This document shows positions 40,714 through 49,200 of a stretch of 64,000 nucleotides of DNA, in pieces. The position numbers and the translations under genes were made by a program. Origin of the DNA: an uncultured Rhodospirillaceae bacterium (GTDB lineage: Bacteria; Pseudomonadota; Alphaproteobacteria; UBA11136); contig CAZAKR010000013.1 of NCBI GenBank assembly GCA_964486105.1, forward strand, positions 537-64,536. The letters run 5' to 3'. Each line of letters begins with the position of its first letter. The first letter of the stretch is position 1. The notes below the pieces were generated by a model. It did no database searches, had not been told where the DNA came from, and saw only the letters and a list, made by a program, of their open reading frames with translations.

Positions 40714-41808
40714 CTATATAGCTTCGGTTTTCTTGAAGGCGTGGAACCGGAAAACGCCGAGTTCGCCCGAAGAAAGCGCCCTGTCCCTGTTCAGCCAGAA
40801 CTCCGCCTCCTTGATCATCAACATGGCGTTCTTTCCCGAATACCTCCCCCCTTCCAGAAAATCATCACGCCGCAAGCCGCTAACAAAGCGGGCCCACCCC
40901 GAAAACAGACGCTTGCGATAGTCCTGGCTAATATCCTCTTCGATACGGATATCGAAACCGAGCTTTTTAAGGGCGGATCGCATCTGGGAAACCTGCCACA
41001 GAACCGGCGGCACGGGTTCGGACTCACTCCAGGATTTAACTGCAGGGGTGAGTTCCCCCCCCTCGGGAAGCATAAAGTCTGTAATCAGGACCTGTCCCCG
41101 GCTTTTGATCGATTCAAGCAATGTCTTTAAGGCGTCGGTTTTGTTCTTCACTGTAAAGAAGCATTCTCTGGCAAGAATGCAGTCATAGCGCTTGTTTTTC
41201 AGGTCCGGTTGCTCGGGATCGAACACGGACAATGCGGCACGCTTTTCCAGGCCCACCTTCGTCGCCTGCTCAATACCCTTTTTGACCAGAAGAGGCTCGG
41301 CCTCAAAGGCGGTCACCCAGAGATCAAATTTATTTGCAATTGCGCGGGATGCCCCGCCAAGCCCGGCGCCAACTTCAAGCAGGCTTTGTTTCGGATTAAT
41401 GCCAAAGGGTTTGATAAGATCGAGGATATAATCATCGCCGGCAGGGGACGTATAGCCGGCCCCCCAGATTTCCTGGGCCAGGCGAAGCCGTTGAGAAGGC
41501 CAGAGAATTTCGGGCTTTTTTTCTACCGGTTTGGGGGCGGGCTGATCGTCAACGACCTTGGCGACCTCTTCCGACACCCGCTGTTTTTCAAGCTCGGCCT
41601 GAAGGTCTCTGCCTTCCCACCAGGCCCCAAACCTCACCTTGAAAGGAATTTTTGTCCCGGAAACCGGCGTCGCGTCATCCGGGGAAGAATCTATGGCCTC
41701 TTGGGCGCCATCATCTTCATCCACATCAGCAACGGCATCCTCGGCCCCTTCTTTTTCCTTTCCGGAGGCGAGTTTAGAGATCAGCCTGTATAGATAGTGA
41801 AAACTCAA
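40714..41808 (-). CDS. Class I SAM-dependent methyltransferase with an acidic N-terminal extension
   Basis: The GxGxG motif LLEVGAGLGGASRAIA is present. The start codon is uncertain. Confidence 0.6.
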   Translation of the reverse strand: MSFHYLYRLISKLASGKEKEGAEDAVADVDEDDGAQEAIDSSPDDATPVSGTKIPFKVRFGAWWEGRDLQAELEKQRVSEEVAKVVDDQPAPKPVEKKPEILWPSQRLRLAQEIWGAGYTSPAGDDYILDLIKPFGINPKQSLLEVGAGLGGASRAIANKFDLWVTAFEAEPLLVKKGIEQATKVGLEKRAALSVFDPEQPDLKNKRYDCILARECFFTVKNKTDALKTLLESIKSRGQVLITDFMLPEGGELTPAVKSWSESEPVPPVLWQVSQMRSALKKLGFDIRIEEDISQDYRKRLFSGWARFVSGLRRDDFLEGGRYSGKNAMLMIKEAEFWLNRDRALSSGELGVFRFHAFKKTEAI

Positions 41809-42002
41809 ATGACCCCGCTCAATCCCTTATTCCCCACTAGAAGAATAATTAATTGCTATAGGATAAAGAGTGAATCACCCCTTAAGGCATTGATCAAGTG
41901 TCATAAGAGGTTTTTCATTTCAGCCCACAAAATCATTCCCCCTGCAAAAGCGAGAAACCCGGCCTTGAGAGTGTAAAAACAGGGATAAGAGGAAGGGAGC
42001 AA

Positions 42003-42040
42003 AAGAAACGGCGCCTCCGGGTTTTCCCCGAAGGCGCCGA
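42003..42040 (-). terminator. Hairpin plus T-rich tract immediately 3' of tRNA-Val
   Basis: The minus-strand hairpin GGCGCCTTCGGGGAAAACCCGGAGGCGCC is followed by GTTTCTTTTG. Confidence 0.45.
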
Positions 42041-42115
42041 TGGTGGGCGATACTGGGATTGAACCAGTGACCCCCTCGATGTCAACGAGGTGCTCTCCCG
42101 CTGAGCTAATCGCCC
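42041..42115 (-). tRNA. tRNA-Val (anticodon GAC) with genomically encoded CCA
   Basis: The hand-folded sequence is GGGCGAT-TA-GCTC-AGCGGGA-GAGC-A-CCTCG-TTGACAT-CGAGG-GGGTC-ACTGG-TTCAATC-CCAGT-ATCGCCC-A-CCA. It has a 7-bp acceptor stem, D, anticodon and T arms, and a T-loop TTCAATC. Confidence 0.9.
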
Positions 42116-42261
42116 GATTGTTTTCTCACCGTGAAGAAGTTTCCCGGTGCCGGAAACGAGGCGATTTACAACCAAATGGCCGGCAAATGCAAGCCTAGAT
42201 GCCACCTTTCCCCAATGAAAAAAGAATGGCGCTGAAAAAAAGGCCTTCACGCCACAAAATT

Positions 42262-42299
42262 GACAAAAAAAAGGCCGTGCTCGGTTGAGCACGGCCCTA
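42262..42299 (-). terminator. Orphan rho-independent terminator-like hairpin
   Basis: The minus-strand hairpin GGGCCGTGCTCaaccGAGCACGGCC is followed by T8, but no gene lies within about 1.5 kb upstream on that strand. Confidence 0.4.
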
Positions 42300-42620
42300 G
42301 TCTAGGGAGCAAGCACCTTTACGGTGCCAAGCAATGCCGGCCATTCGGGGGGGGGGAGATAGAGTGGCCAGATATCGCGGTGCACAAAATTACATTTCAC
42401 GTTCGCAATTGCAACATAAATTTTCTATATGACTGATATTTTTATCACAAAACGCAATATGCTGTGTAGAATTAAGACCTTATCCCAAGTTAATTTTGCG
42501 TCGCAACATCACTCAGCATGGCCTTTTTTTGCTGTTTTTTACCTTCAGGCTGCGGTTAAAGCGCTCTTGACCCCGGTCGCCGCGCCGGTCATGCTTTTTA
42601 TTAAAAGAAGGCGGCGGTTC

Positions 42621-43067
42621 ATGCAGTTTCCTCAAAAAATAAGGTCATTTTGCTTTCAGCCACGGGCCGGTACGCTCTTTTCACCTGTTTTAATGGTCGG
42701 AACCCTTTGCATGATCGCCCCGACCCCCTCCCCGGGCGCCCAGTCCGGTGAGAGCATGGGAACAGATGCGCAGAATCAACTTTGCGCCAAATATATCGCC
42801 CATTATCAGAAAACAGAAAATATTCCCAGCCACCTCCTGACCGCCATTTCGCTGGTTGAATCAGGTCGCTGGGACAGCAATAAAAAACAAAAATTCGCCT
42901 GGCCCTGGACAGTCATGGCCGAAGGAAAGGGAGTATTCCTGCCAACCAAGGCCGAGGCCGTGGCAAAAGTTAAGGGACTACAAAAAAGGGGGGTCTCAAA
43001 CATCGATGTCGGCTGCATGCAGGTTAATCTAACCCGGTCAATCAGTTGCTTGTCGCGACACTGCTGA
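42621..43067 (+). pseudogene. Truncated lytic transglycosylase (SLT-domain) gene, cut after the GxMQ(V/I)N motif
   Basis: A signal-peptide-like start is followed by LTAISLVESGRWD...AWPWTVMAEG...GCMQVNL, after which the reading frame runs into an unrelated tail and stops. Confidence 0.5.
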
Positions 43068-43792
43068 AAAAAGAAGGGCATCGAGTCGATGTCGTCGGCG
43101 ATGGCCATGAGGCGGTGGAAGCCGTCCGTCGCCTTCCCTATGACCTTGTTCTCATGGATGTGCAAATGCCGGAAATGGATGGCATTGAGGCAACCTCCGC
43201 CATTCGCGGCCTGCCCGGTTCGTGCAGTAATATCCCCATCATCGCGGTTACGGCAAATGCGATGAAGGGTGACAAAGAAAGCTATATCGCCGCCGGCATG
43301 AACGACTACCTTTCCAAGCCTGTAGATCAGGACAAACTAAAAGAGTTGGTGCGGAAATGGGGCGCAAAGAATGAGGCGCCATCCAAAAGCACCCCAGAAG
43401 TTTCAGCCGAGGATGATTCTTCCGTGATGCCCAAAGAGACCGTCAACATGGCCATCCTTGATGAACTTGAAATAACCATCGGCGCGGATAACCTTGCCGA
43501 TCTTCTTGACCAGCATATTTCAGATGCCAGGGAACGGATGCAGAGAATGCGCTTTGCCGCCCGTAAGGGGGATGCGAACTCACTGGGCCAGGAATCCCAC
43601 AACCTTAAAAGCACGTGTGGAAGTTTTGGCGCCAAGCGGGTTCAACTAATTGCTCAAGAGATAGAAACAGCGAGTATAAACCAGCGCCAGGAAAAGGCCT
43701 TCAACCTGATACCAAAGCTGACGGAAGAACTCAGTGCATCACTTGAGATTCTCGAGCAACGAAAAAAACTGCTTCTTGAAAAGACGCCTTGA
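43046..43792 (+). pseudogene. 5'-truncated response-regulator receiver plus HPt domain fragment (hybrid histidine kinase C-terminal remnant)
   Basis: The REC domain begins mid-fold (LVATLLKKEGHRVDVVGDGHEAVEAV...LVLMDVQMPEMDG) and lacks beta1 and the DD pair. The HPt motif is ESHNLKSTCGSFGA. Confidence 0.55.
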
Positions 43793-43807
43793 TAATCTCA
43801 GGAACAA

Positions 43808-46800
43808 CTATCCCAGGGCACCGATAAAATGGGTAATGCCTGTTCCAATACGACGAATGCAGTCGTAGAGGTTTGAAATCGGCCTGAATATCAGATCATG
43901 CTCCTGAGCATAACTCTGTATATCTTCACTGCGATAAGTTGCCCTCTCCCCGAAGTCTCCAGAGATCGTTTTTGGCACCGTTGGCGGAAAAATCTCTTCA
44001 AGCACTTCAATTGTCTCGGGCACATCGAGAGAAAGCAGCCTTGAAAGTATTTCCTCCCTGGTCACGCCGGTCTGCAAACTGAATTCCGGAATCCGGGTTG
44101 AGAGAAGATAGAGTTCGTGGATAAGGGCAAGACGGATTCCATGCAAGAGCAGAAGGTCATCCCTGACCTTTTTTGGAATGACGCGACCCCGCCCAACGGC
44201 CAGATGTCCGGAAAAATCCCGTCCCAGAAGCCAGCCGCGGATCTCCATATATTCCTTCTGGAAGACCCGGTATATGCGGACAAGCTTTTCGTGAAACCCG
44301 GCCTCTTCAAGGGTGCCGGCGAGCTTGATCATATCATCGCTGCGGGCCTGGTTGGATGTACGTCCGGCGCGTGAGAGCCAACGACCGGGATCGAAAGTAT
44401 CAATATAGGCTTTGAATACCTCTACTTCGCTGTACGCAAAGGCGTATTCGACCATTTTCATCACCCGCCTGAAACGTGGCGAGGAGTCATAAAGAGACTG
44501 GAATTTTTCAGGATTTTTGCGATAGACCTGGCCAACACCACCAAGCGTATTCGCCAGCATACCGAATTGCTGAAGTATGGCGTTTTGCGGTATCGCCCTG
44601 GTCTGGGAGGGATGGGCAAACAGTGATGTCCCCGCCCCGCCCTCATGCTGGCGCTTTACCGGGCGGGAGCCCGAAGGATAGAGCATATTGGTGCCGAACG
44701 CCCCGAGCAGGGCGGCATAATCCGGATCGTCCATGACCTGGCAGTTAAACTGCTTGATGGTATTGACGATCTCGGCGGCATAATCCGCTTCTTCGTAAAA
44801 AGGATCTTTCTCGGCCTCGTCCGATGAGGTCAACATAGTTTCGAGGATTCGCGTCACCACAGCATAGGACGCCGTCTCGTTCATAAAATATTGATAGCCA
44901 TCCCCGCCCTGGAAACTGATCTCTTCCTTAAAGGGCAGTTGACTATCCTCAAATGTCTTTCTCGAATAAGGCGAGGCCAGATAATGCAGGCGATCGACCA
45001 GACTGACGGGATGCCCCCCCCGGCCGATGGATTCACCATGGGTGTCGAAAATAACAAGCTGGACCCCCTCTAGCCCGTGACGGGCGAGAATACGACCGAT
45101 ATTGAGATGCAGATTCTCAATCGAAAGGGTGGCGGCCACCTGACCGAGATGCCGGCCGGCGTCAGAAAAACCAGTCTGGATGCAGAGCCGCTGGCGTTTT
45201 TTCACATAAGCCCGGTAATGGGGATTTTCGAGGACCTCTTCGATCACCTTATGGCCGCGCGTCAGAGCCACCTCAGTTTCGAAAAGGGGAGAAATGTCGA
45301 TTTTATCCTCAACCCCGAACAGCTTGGCGAAATAAAGCGCGGTGAGCAGAGTGAAGGAGGTTTCACATTCGGCAATGAGAAAGCGGACCGGGGTCGTTGT
45401 ATCCACATATTTGAGCATCTGGGCGACGATCATAAAGAGCCGCTTACCCGACATCTGCTCAGCCAGGATAGAACCGAAATTTATGCTTGCCGGTTTTGTC
45501 CGGCCAATGAGCTTATTAAGGGCATTGTTATAGGTCGCGCCATTAGTCGGGTCATCCGGCGAGGTTTCCATGCCAATCGCCTTGCGGATCGAGTTATGAA
45601 GCTGTGAAGCGTTAATCCGCACATGAGTGCGCGCCATGCCAAGGCCGTAATTGGTCAACTCTGCGCGGAGAACGCACAACCCATGGACACGTTTGGCCCC
45701 GATGGTGTTCTCGCGGCACTGGTCGATCGCCGTGTTGATATAGTCGATAAGCTCAGTTGACTCGACAAGACGCCGGGACCGCCCCTCGTGCATCTGTTTG
45801 GCGATCAAACGAATTTTTTCATCGTGAGAGGATTCCCTTGATTCATAGGCGCCAAAAACTTCCATTTCCTCGCTGATTTCATCAATGGCTAGTTTCAACC
45901 GCGATTGAAGCTTGGCGAGGGTTTTCCGCAACGGCTTGTTGGTGCCGGGCTTTTTATTGATCGCAATAATTTTCCGCACCGAATCGAGATAGTGCTGGAG
46001 CTGGAACAGCTGTACCCGAAGACGTTTATAGAGAGTGTCTGTCCAGTTGATGTCGGAGCGTCCATCAATGTCATAGCCGACCCAACTGGCGACAGAGAGG
46101 AGTTTTGGCGCCAGATCCTTGGCCTGGCCGGGGTAAAGATCCTCTGCGACCCAGAAAATCACGTCATAAGCGCGGCGCATGGCCGCCTGAAGGTTGGTAA
46201 TCGCTTCCAAAGAGAGGGCATGTTCCTGAGCCAGATCAAGATCCTTGTCCGGGCGGTGCTCCTTCCCCATCGCCGACTTGAAAATCGCCTTTTGCCGGAC
46301 TGAGGTAAGCGTCTTGCCGGCGCTGTTACGACCGGTGGCCAGGGCGACAAGCTCATGCATTAAATCGCCGGTAATGCTGAAAGTAGGATGGGCGGTAAAG
46401 ACGATCCCTAAGAGTTCCTGCTCGACCCGCGCCTTGAATTCATCAAAAGGAACGGGGGTGCCCTTACCCTTTCTCTGCTTTCCTGTTTTCTGCTTTCCGG
46501 CAGGGAAAGCCAATGCCATCACCACCTTGCGCAGCAATTTATCGTTTTTATCGGGATCCAGTTCGCCAAGATAATCCCCCATACGCTCAGCTCTCAGGGC
46601 GAAGGTATTGGCCGTCAGGCGCTGAATAAGGGATTCAATCGCCGAATAGGACAGAGTTCCCTTTTCCAGCCGCCGCGAGATATCAAGAGCCAGCATCATA
46701 ATCGAATTGCTGAAGGGATCTTCATCAGCGCCGGCGCGAATCCGGTCGAGGTCTTTGCACAGATCGTCCCTAAGCCTTCCCGTGTTGATCCCCTTACGAA

Positions 46801-46951
46801 CGGGAAAACAGGCGTCACCCTTGGGAACCAGCGTACCTTTGTCCCCATCAAGTAATTTTGTCAGCTGGACACGGAGCCCTTTTCTGCTTTTTGTCATGTT
46901 CTCTTTTTTCCGCAATCCGGATTTTACGGGTTCCGGTTTTTTTGCCATCAA
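43808..46951 (-). CDS. Divergent phosphoenolpyruvate-carboxylase-family protein (PEPcase fold, 1047 aa) with non-canonical residues in key motifs
   Basis: PEPC landmarks are collinear: VFTAHPTF (canonical TAHPTE), SWVGYDIDGRSDINWT (SWMGGDRDGNPNVT), RTHVRINASQ (LVRIDIRQES), ISPLFETEVALTRG (APLFETLDDL), GFSDAGRHLG (GYSDSAKDAG), FDTHGESIGRGGHP (FHGRGGSIGRGGAP) and RAIPQNAILQQFG (RAIPWIFAWTQNR). The C-terminus ends ...RRIGTGITHFIGALG rather than ...RNTG. Confidence 0.75.
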   Translation of the reverse strand: MMAKKPEPVKSGLRKKENMTKSRKGLRVQLTKLLDGDKGTLVPKGDACFPVRKGINTGRLRDDLCKDLDRIRAGADEDPFSNSIMMLALDISRRLEKGTLSYSAIESLIQRLTANTFALRAERMGDYLGELDPDKNDKLLRKVVMALAFPAGKQKTGKQRKGKGTPVPFDEFKARVEQELLGIVFTAHPTFSITGDLMHELVALATGRNSAGKTLTSVRQKAIFKSAMGKEHRPDKDLDLAQEHALSLEAITNLQAAMRRAYDVIFWVAEDLYPGQAKDLAPKLLSVASWVGYDIDGRSDINWTDTLYKRLRVQLFQLQHYLDSVRKIIAINKKPGTNKPLRKTLAKLQSRLKLAIDEISEEMEVFGAYESRESSHDEKIRLIAKQMHEGRSRRLVESTELIDYINTAIDQCRENTIGAKRVHGLCVLRAELTNYGLGMARTHVRINASQLHNSIRKAIGMETSPDDPTNGATYNNALNKLIGRTKPASINFGSILAEQMSGKRLFMIVAQMLKYVDTTTPVRFLIAECETSFTLLTALYFAKLFGVEDKIDISPLFETEVALTRGHKVIEEVLENPHYRAYVKKRQRLCIQTGFSDAGRHLGQVAATLSIENLHLNIGRILARHGLEGVQLVIFDTHGESIGRGGHPVSLVDRLHYLASPYSRKTFEDSQLPFKEEISFQGGDGYQYFMNETASYAVVTRILETMLTSSDEAEKDPFYEEADYAAEIVNTIKQFNCQVMDDPDYAALLGAFGTNMLYPSGSRPVKRQHEGGAGTSLFAHPSQTRAIPQNAILQQFGMLANTLGGVGQVYRKNPEKFQSLYDSSPRFRRVMKMVEYAFAYSEVEVFKAYIDTFDPGRWLSRAGRTSNQARSDDMIKLAGTLEEAGFHEKLVRIYRVFQKEYMEIRGWLLGRDFSGHLAVGRGRVIPKKVRDDLLLLHGIRLALIHELYLLSTRIPEFSLQTGVTREEILSRLLSLDVPETIEVLEEIFPPTVPKTISGDFGERATYRSEDIQSYAQEHDLIFRPISNLYDCIRRIGTGITHFIGALG

Positions 46952-47165
46952 GATACTCCGTAATTATGATTGTTTTGCCTCTGACACCCTGATCAGGCGG
47001 ACGGGTAAGCGTCTCTTTAGCCTGAGAAACGCAATATTTCCACCCTTACCCCGGGGCCGGGGCCGCCCGCATTGATTTAGACCGGAAAATCCGCCCTCAC
47101 AAGGCCGGGATGCCTATTTTCGCAAATCTGCTATTATTTTCAGCCAGATTACTCTTTAAAGCCCT

Positions 47166-47579
47166 ATGCATAGCATTAAAACAGAACCGGATGGAGGTTC
47201 TTTGAAAGCCCCGCGCATTACGATCATTACACCCTGCCTGAATGCTGCGCCTTTCCTGTCGGAGGCCCTTGAAAGCGTTGTGAATCAATGTGTTACAGGT
47301 ATGGAGCATATGGTTCTGGATGGCGGCTCAACCGACGGCACTCTGGATATTCTAAATTCCTTTCCCGGCCTGCGTGTCGTCAATGGACCCGATCGGGGCT
47401 CTCATGATGCGATGAATAAGGGAGTGGAATTGGCCAAGGGGGATATCATCGGCTTTCTCAATGCGGACGACACCTATGAGGTTGGCGTTTTTACCGATAT
47501 TGCCATGCATTTTGCCGCAAATACGCCGCCTAATATCTTGAATCAGATGAGCAGATCCTCCTTTAGATCAGGCCGGTGA
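47166..47579 (+). pseudogene. Family 2 glycosyltransferase N-terminal fragment (137 aa, truncated)
   Basis: The GT-A N-terminus ITIITPCLNAAPFLSEALESV...LDGGSTDGT...FLNADD is present, but the ORF stops about 100+ aa short of a complete GT2 domain. Confidence 0.5.
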
Positions 47580-47707
47580 TTGTTCCAATTTATATGACGA
47601 TGGACACTGAAACCTAAAAAACGGCAATTGAGGTTTCAGGCCTTTCCCCGGATTAATCTCGATAAGGATGGAGTCCTGGCCGTTTACATCGAGGGCGACG
47701 GTTATGC

Positions 47708-47890
47708 ATGGGCCATATTGACCAGTTGCATTTGATTGGAACCGAAGATGAAATCGTTTCTGTTAATGTTGCCGAAAGCTTCGTCAATGCTCTTCCTCCC
47801 GGATCATGGGTCCACATAGTGCAGACGGAAGGCTTTGACCATCAGTGCTGCTGGATAGAACACTGGCCCAACCTCCTCCATAACCAGTAA
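47708..47890 (+). pseudogene. Possible alpha/beta-hydrolase C-terminal fragment
   Basis: LIGTEDEIVSVNVAESFVNALPPGSWVHIVQTEGFDHQ resembles the C-terminal His-containing segment of alpha/beta hydrolases. Further hydrolase-like fragments appear in another frame just upstream. Confidence 0.3.
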
Positions 47891-47939
47891 AGTGCCGGTT
47901 AATCTCACCCCCGGAACGTTTCACAAAGCACAAAACATA

Positions 47940-49199
47940 ATGAGCCAAACCATAAAAACCCTCAAGGAAGAGCCCCTCCTGTTCCTGGCGGCAACCGTGT
48001 TGACCGGCATTGCCGTACCGCTTTCGGCATTTGGCATCGTCTTTATTCAGGCCGCCCTGGGGCTTGCTCTTATTCTGCTGCTTTGCATTGCATACAAAGA
48101 TACTGGGTTGAGAAATCGGTTTTCCATCCCGCTAAAAACACCGCCGGGAATAGCCCTGCACATAACCTTTGCAATCTGGTTTGTTGTGACGCCATGGTCC
48201 ACGGATTTCGGCGAATCGTTCACGACGGTTCTTCGAACGGCTCTTTATATTCTGGGCTCAATCCTGATCTGGGCTTTCTTGAGTGTATCGGAAAGCAGAG
48301 TGCGGCTGGCGCTTGTCTGTCTGATGGGCGCATCCACCCTCTCCATAGGAATTGCCGCCTTTTGTCTTCTGTTTCCCGAAACAAGTGACCCCATTCTAAA
48401 CGCCCTTCATAAGAGGCAGACCGATTCTATACATTTCTTCAAGGCATATGCTGCCGCCTCAGTCTGTTTAATTCCCGTTTTGATCTGGGCCGGTGGAAAA
48501 CTGGGCAAGAGATGGTCTCGGCTTGGGTGGGGATTGGCGCTGCCAGCCCTATTCATTATTATTGCCACGTCCAATAGGGCCGCCATTGCCGGACTTGTCG
48601 CAGTGCTTTTCATATTAATTGTGCTTATGGTCTGGAACAGAAGCCGTCTGCTGTCTCTTGTCGTTATGATGGCTATCCCGGCTATTGTTCTCCCCTGGGT
48701 GTGGTGGACACGCCGCTTGCTTCCCGGCGCTTCAACCGATTTCATGCCGGCCTGGCTGGTCGACAGCCACCGTCAGTTTATCTGGCAGTTTACGCTCGAA
48801 AAATTTTCCGATTCACCCTGGGCCGGATGGGGCGCCAACCGGATCAATTTTGCCCCGGGGGCCGACACCTATAGCACCGAACTCAAAGGGATTTATATCT
48901 CTTCCCACCCCCATAACTGGATTCTGGAAATTCTGTCGGAGTGCGGTATTTTCGGCCTCACTGCCCTTCTGATTGCCCTGGGGCTGCTGGCCTGGCGTCT
49001 GATCCTTGCCTATAACCGGACAAAGGATTCCGCCTATCTGGCGCTGATCACTTTAAGCACGGCCTTTTTCGCTTCCAGTCTCTTCAACTTTTCGATCTGG
49101 TCAACTTGGTGGCTGCTGACTTATTTCGTGTTGTTTGCCATAATATCGGCCAGTCATGGAAAGCCGTTTGTCATCAAGAAGATCCTAACGGAAAGTTGA
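47940..49199 (+). CDS. O-antigen ligase/polymerase family (Wzy_C domain) polytopic membrane protein
   Basis: The protein has about 10-12 TM helices and a large periplasmic loop. The start is the ATG at about 47940 (MSQTIKTL); the listed ORF begins at 47892. Confidence 0.7.
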   Translation: MSQTIKTLKEEPLLFLAATVLTGIAVPLSAFGIVFIQAALGLALILLLCIAYKDTGLRNRFSIPLKTPPGIALHITFAIWFVVTPWSTDFGESFTTVLRTALYILGSILIWAFLSVSESRVRLALVCLMGASTLSIGIAAFCLLFPETSDPILNALHKRQTDSIHFFKAYAAASVCLIPVLIWAGGKLGKRWSRLGWGLALPALFIIIATSNRAAIAGLVAVLFILIVLMVWNRSRLLSLVVMMAIPAIVLPWVWWTRRLLPGASTDFMPAWLVDSHRQFIWQFTLEKFSDSPWAGWGANRINFAPGADTYSTELKGIYISSHPHNWILEILSECGIFGLTALLIALGLLAWRLILAYNRTKDSAYLALITLSTAFFASSLFNFSIWSTWWLLTYFVLFAIISASHGKPFVIKKILTES

Positions 49200-49200
49200 A

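Noticed and set aside
41933-42292. 119-aa minus-strand ORF
   Set aside because: It overlaps tRNA-Val and its terminator entirely and has no RBS, so it is spurious.
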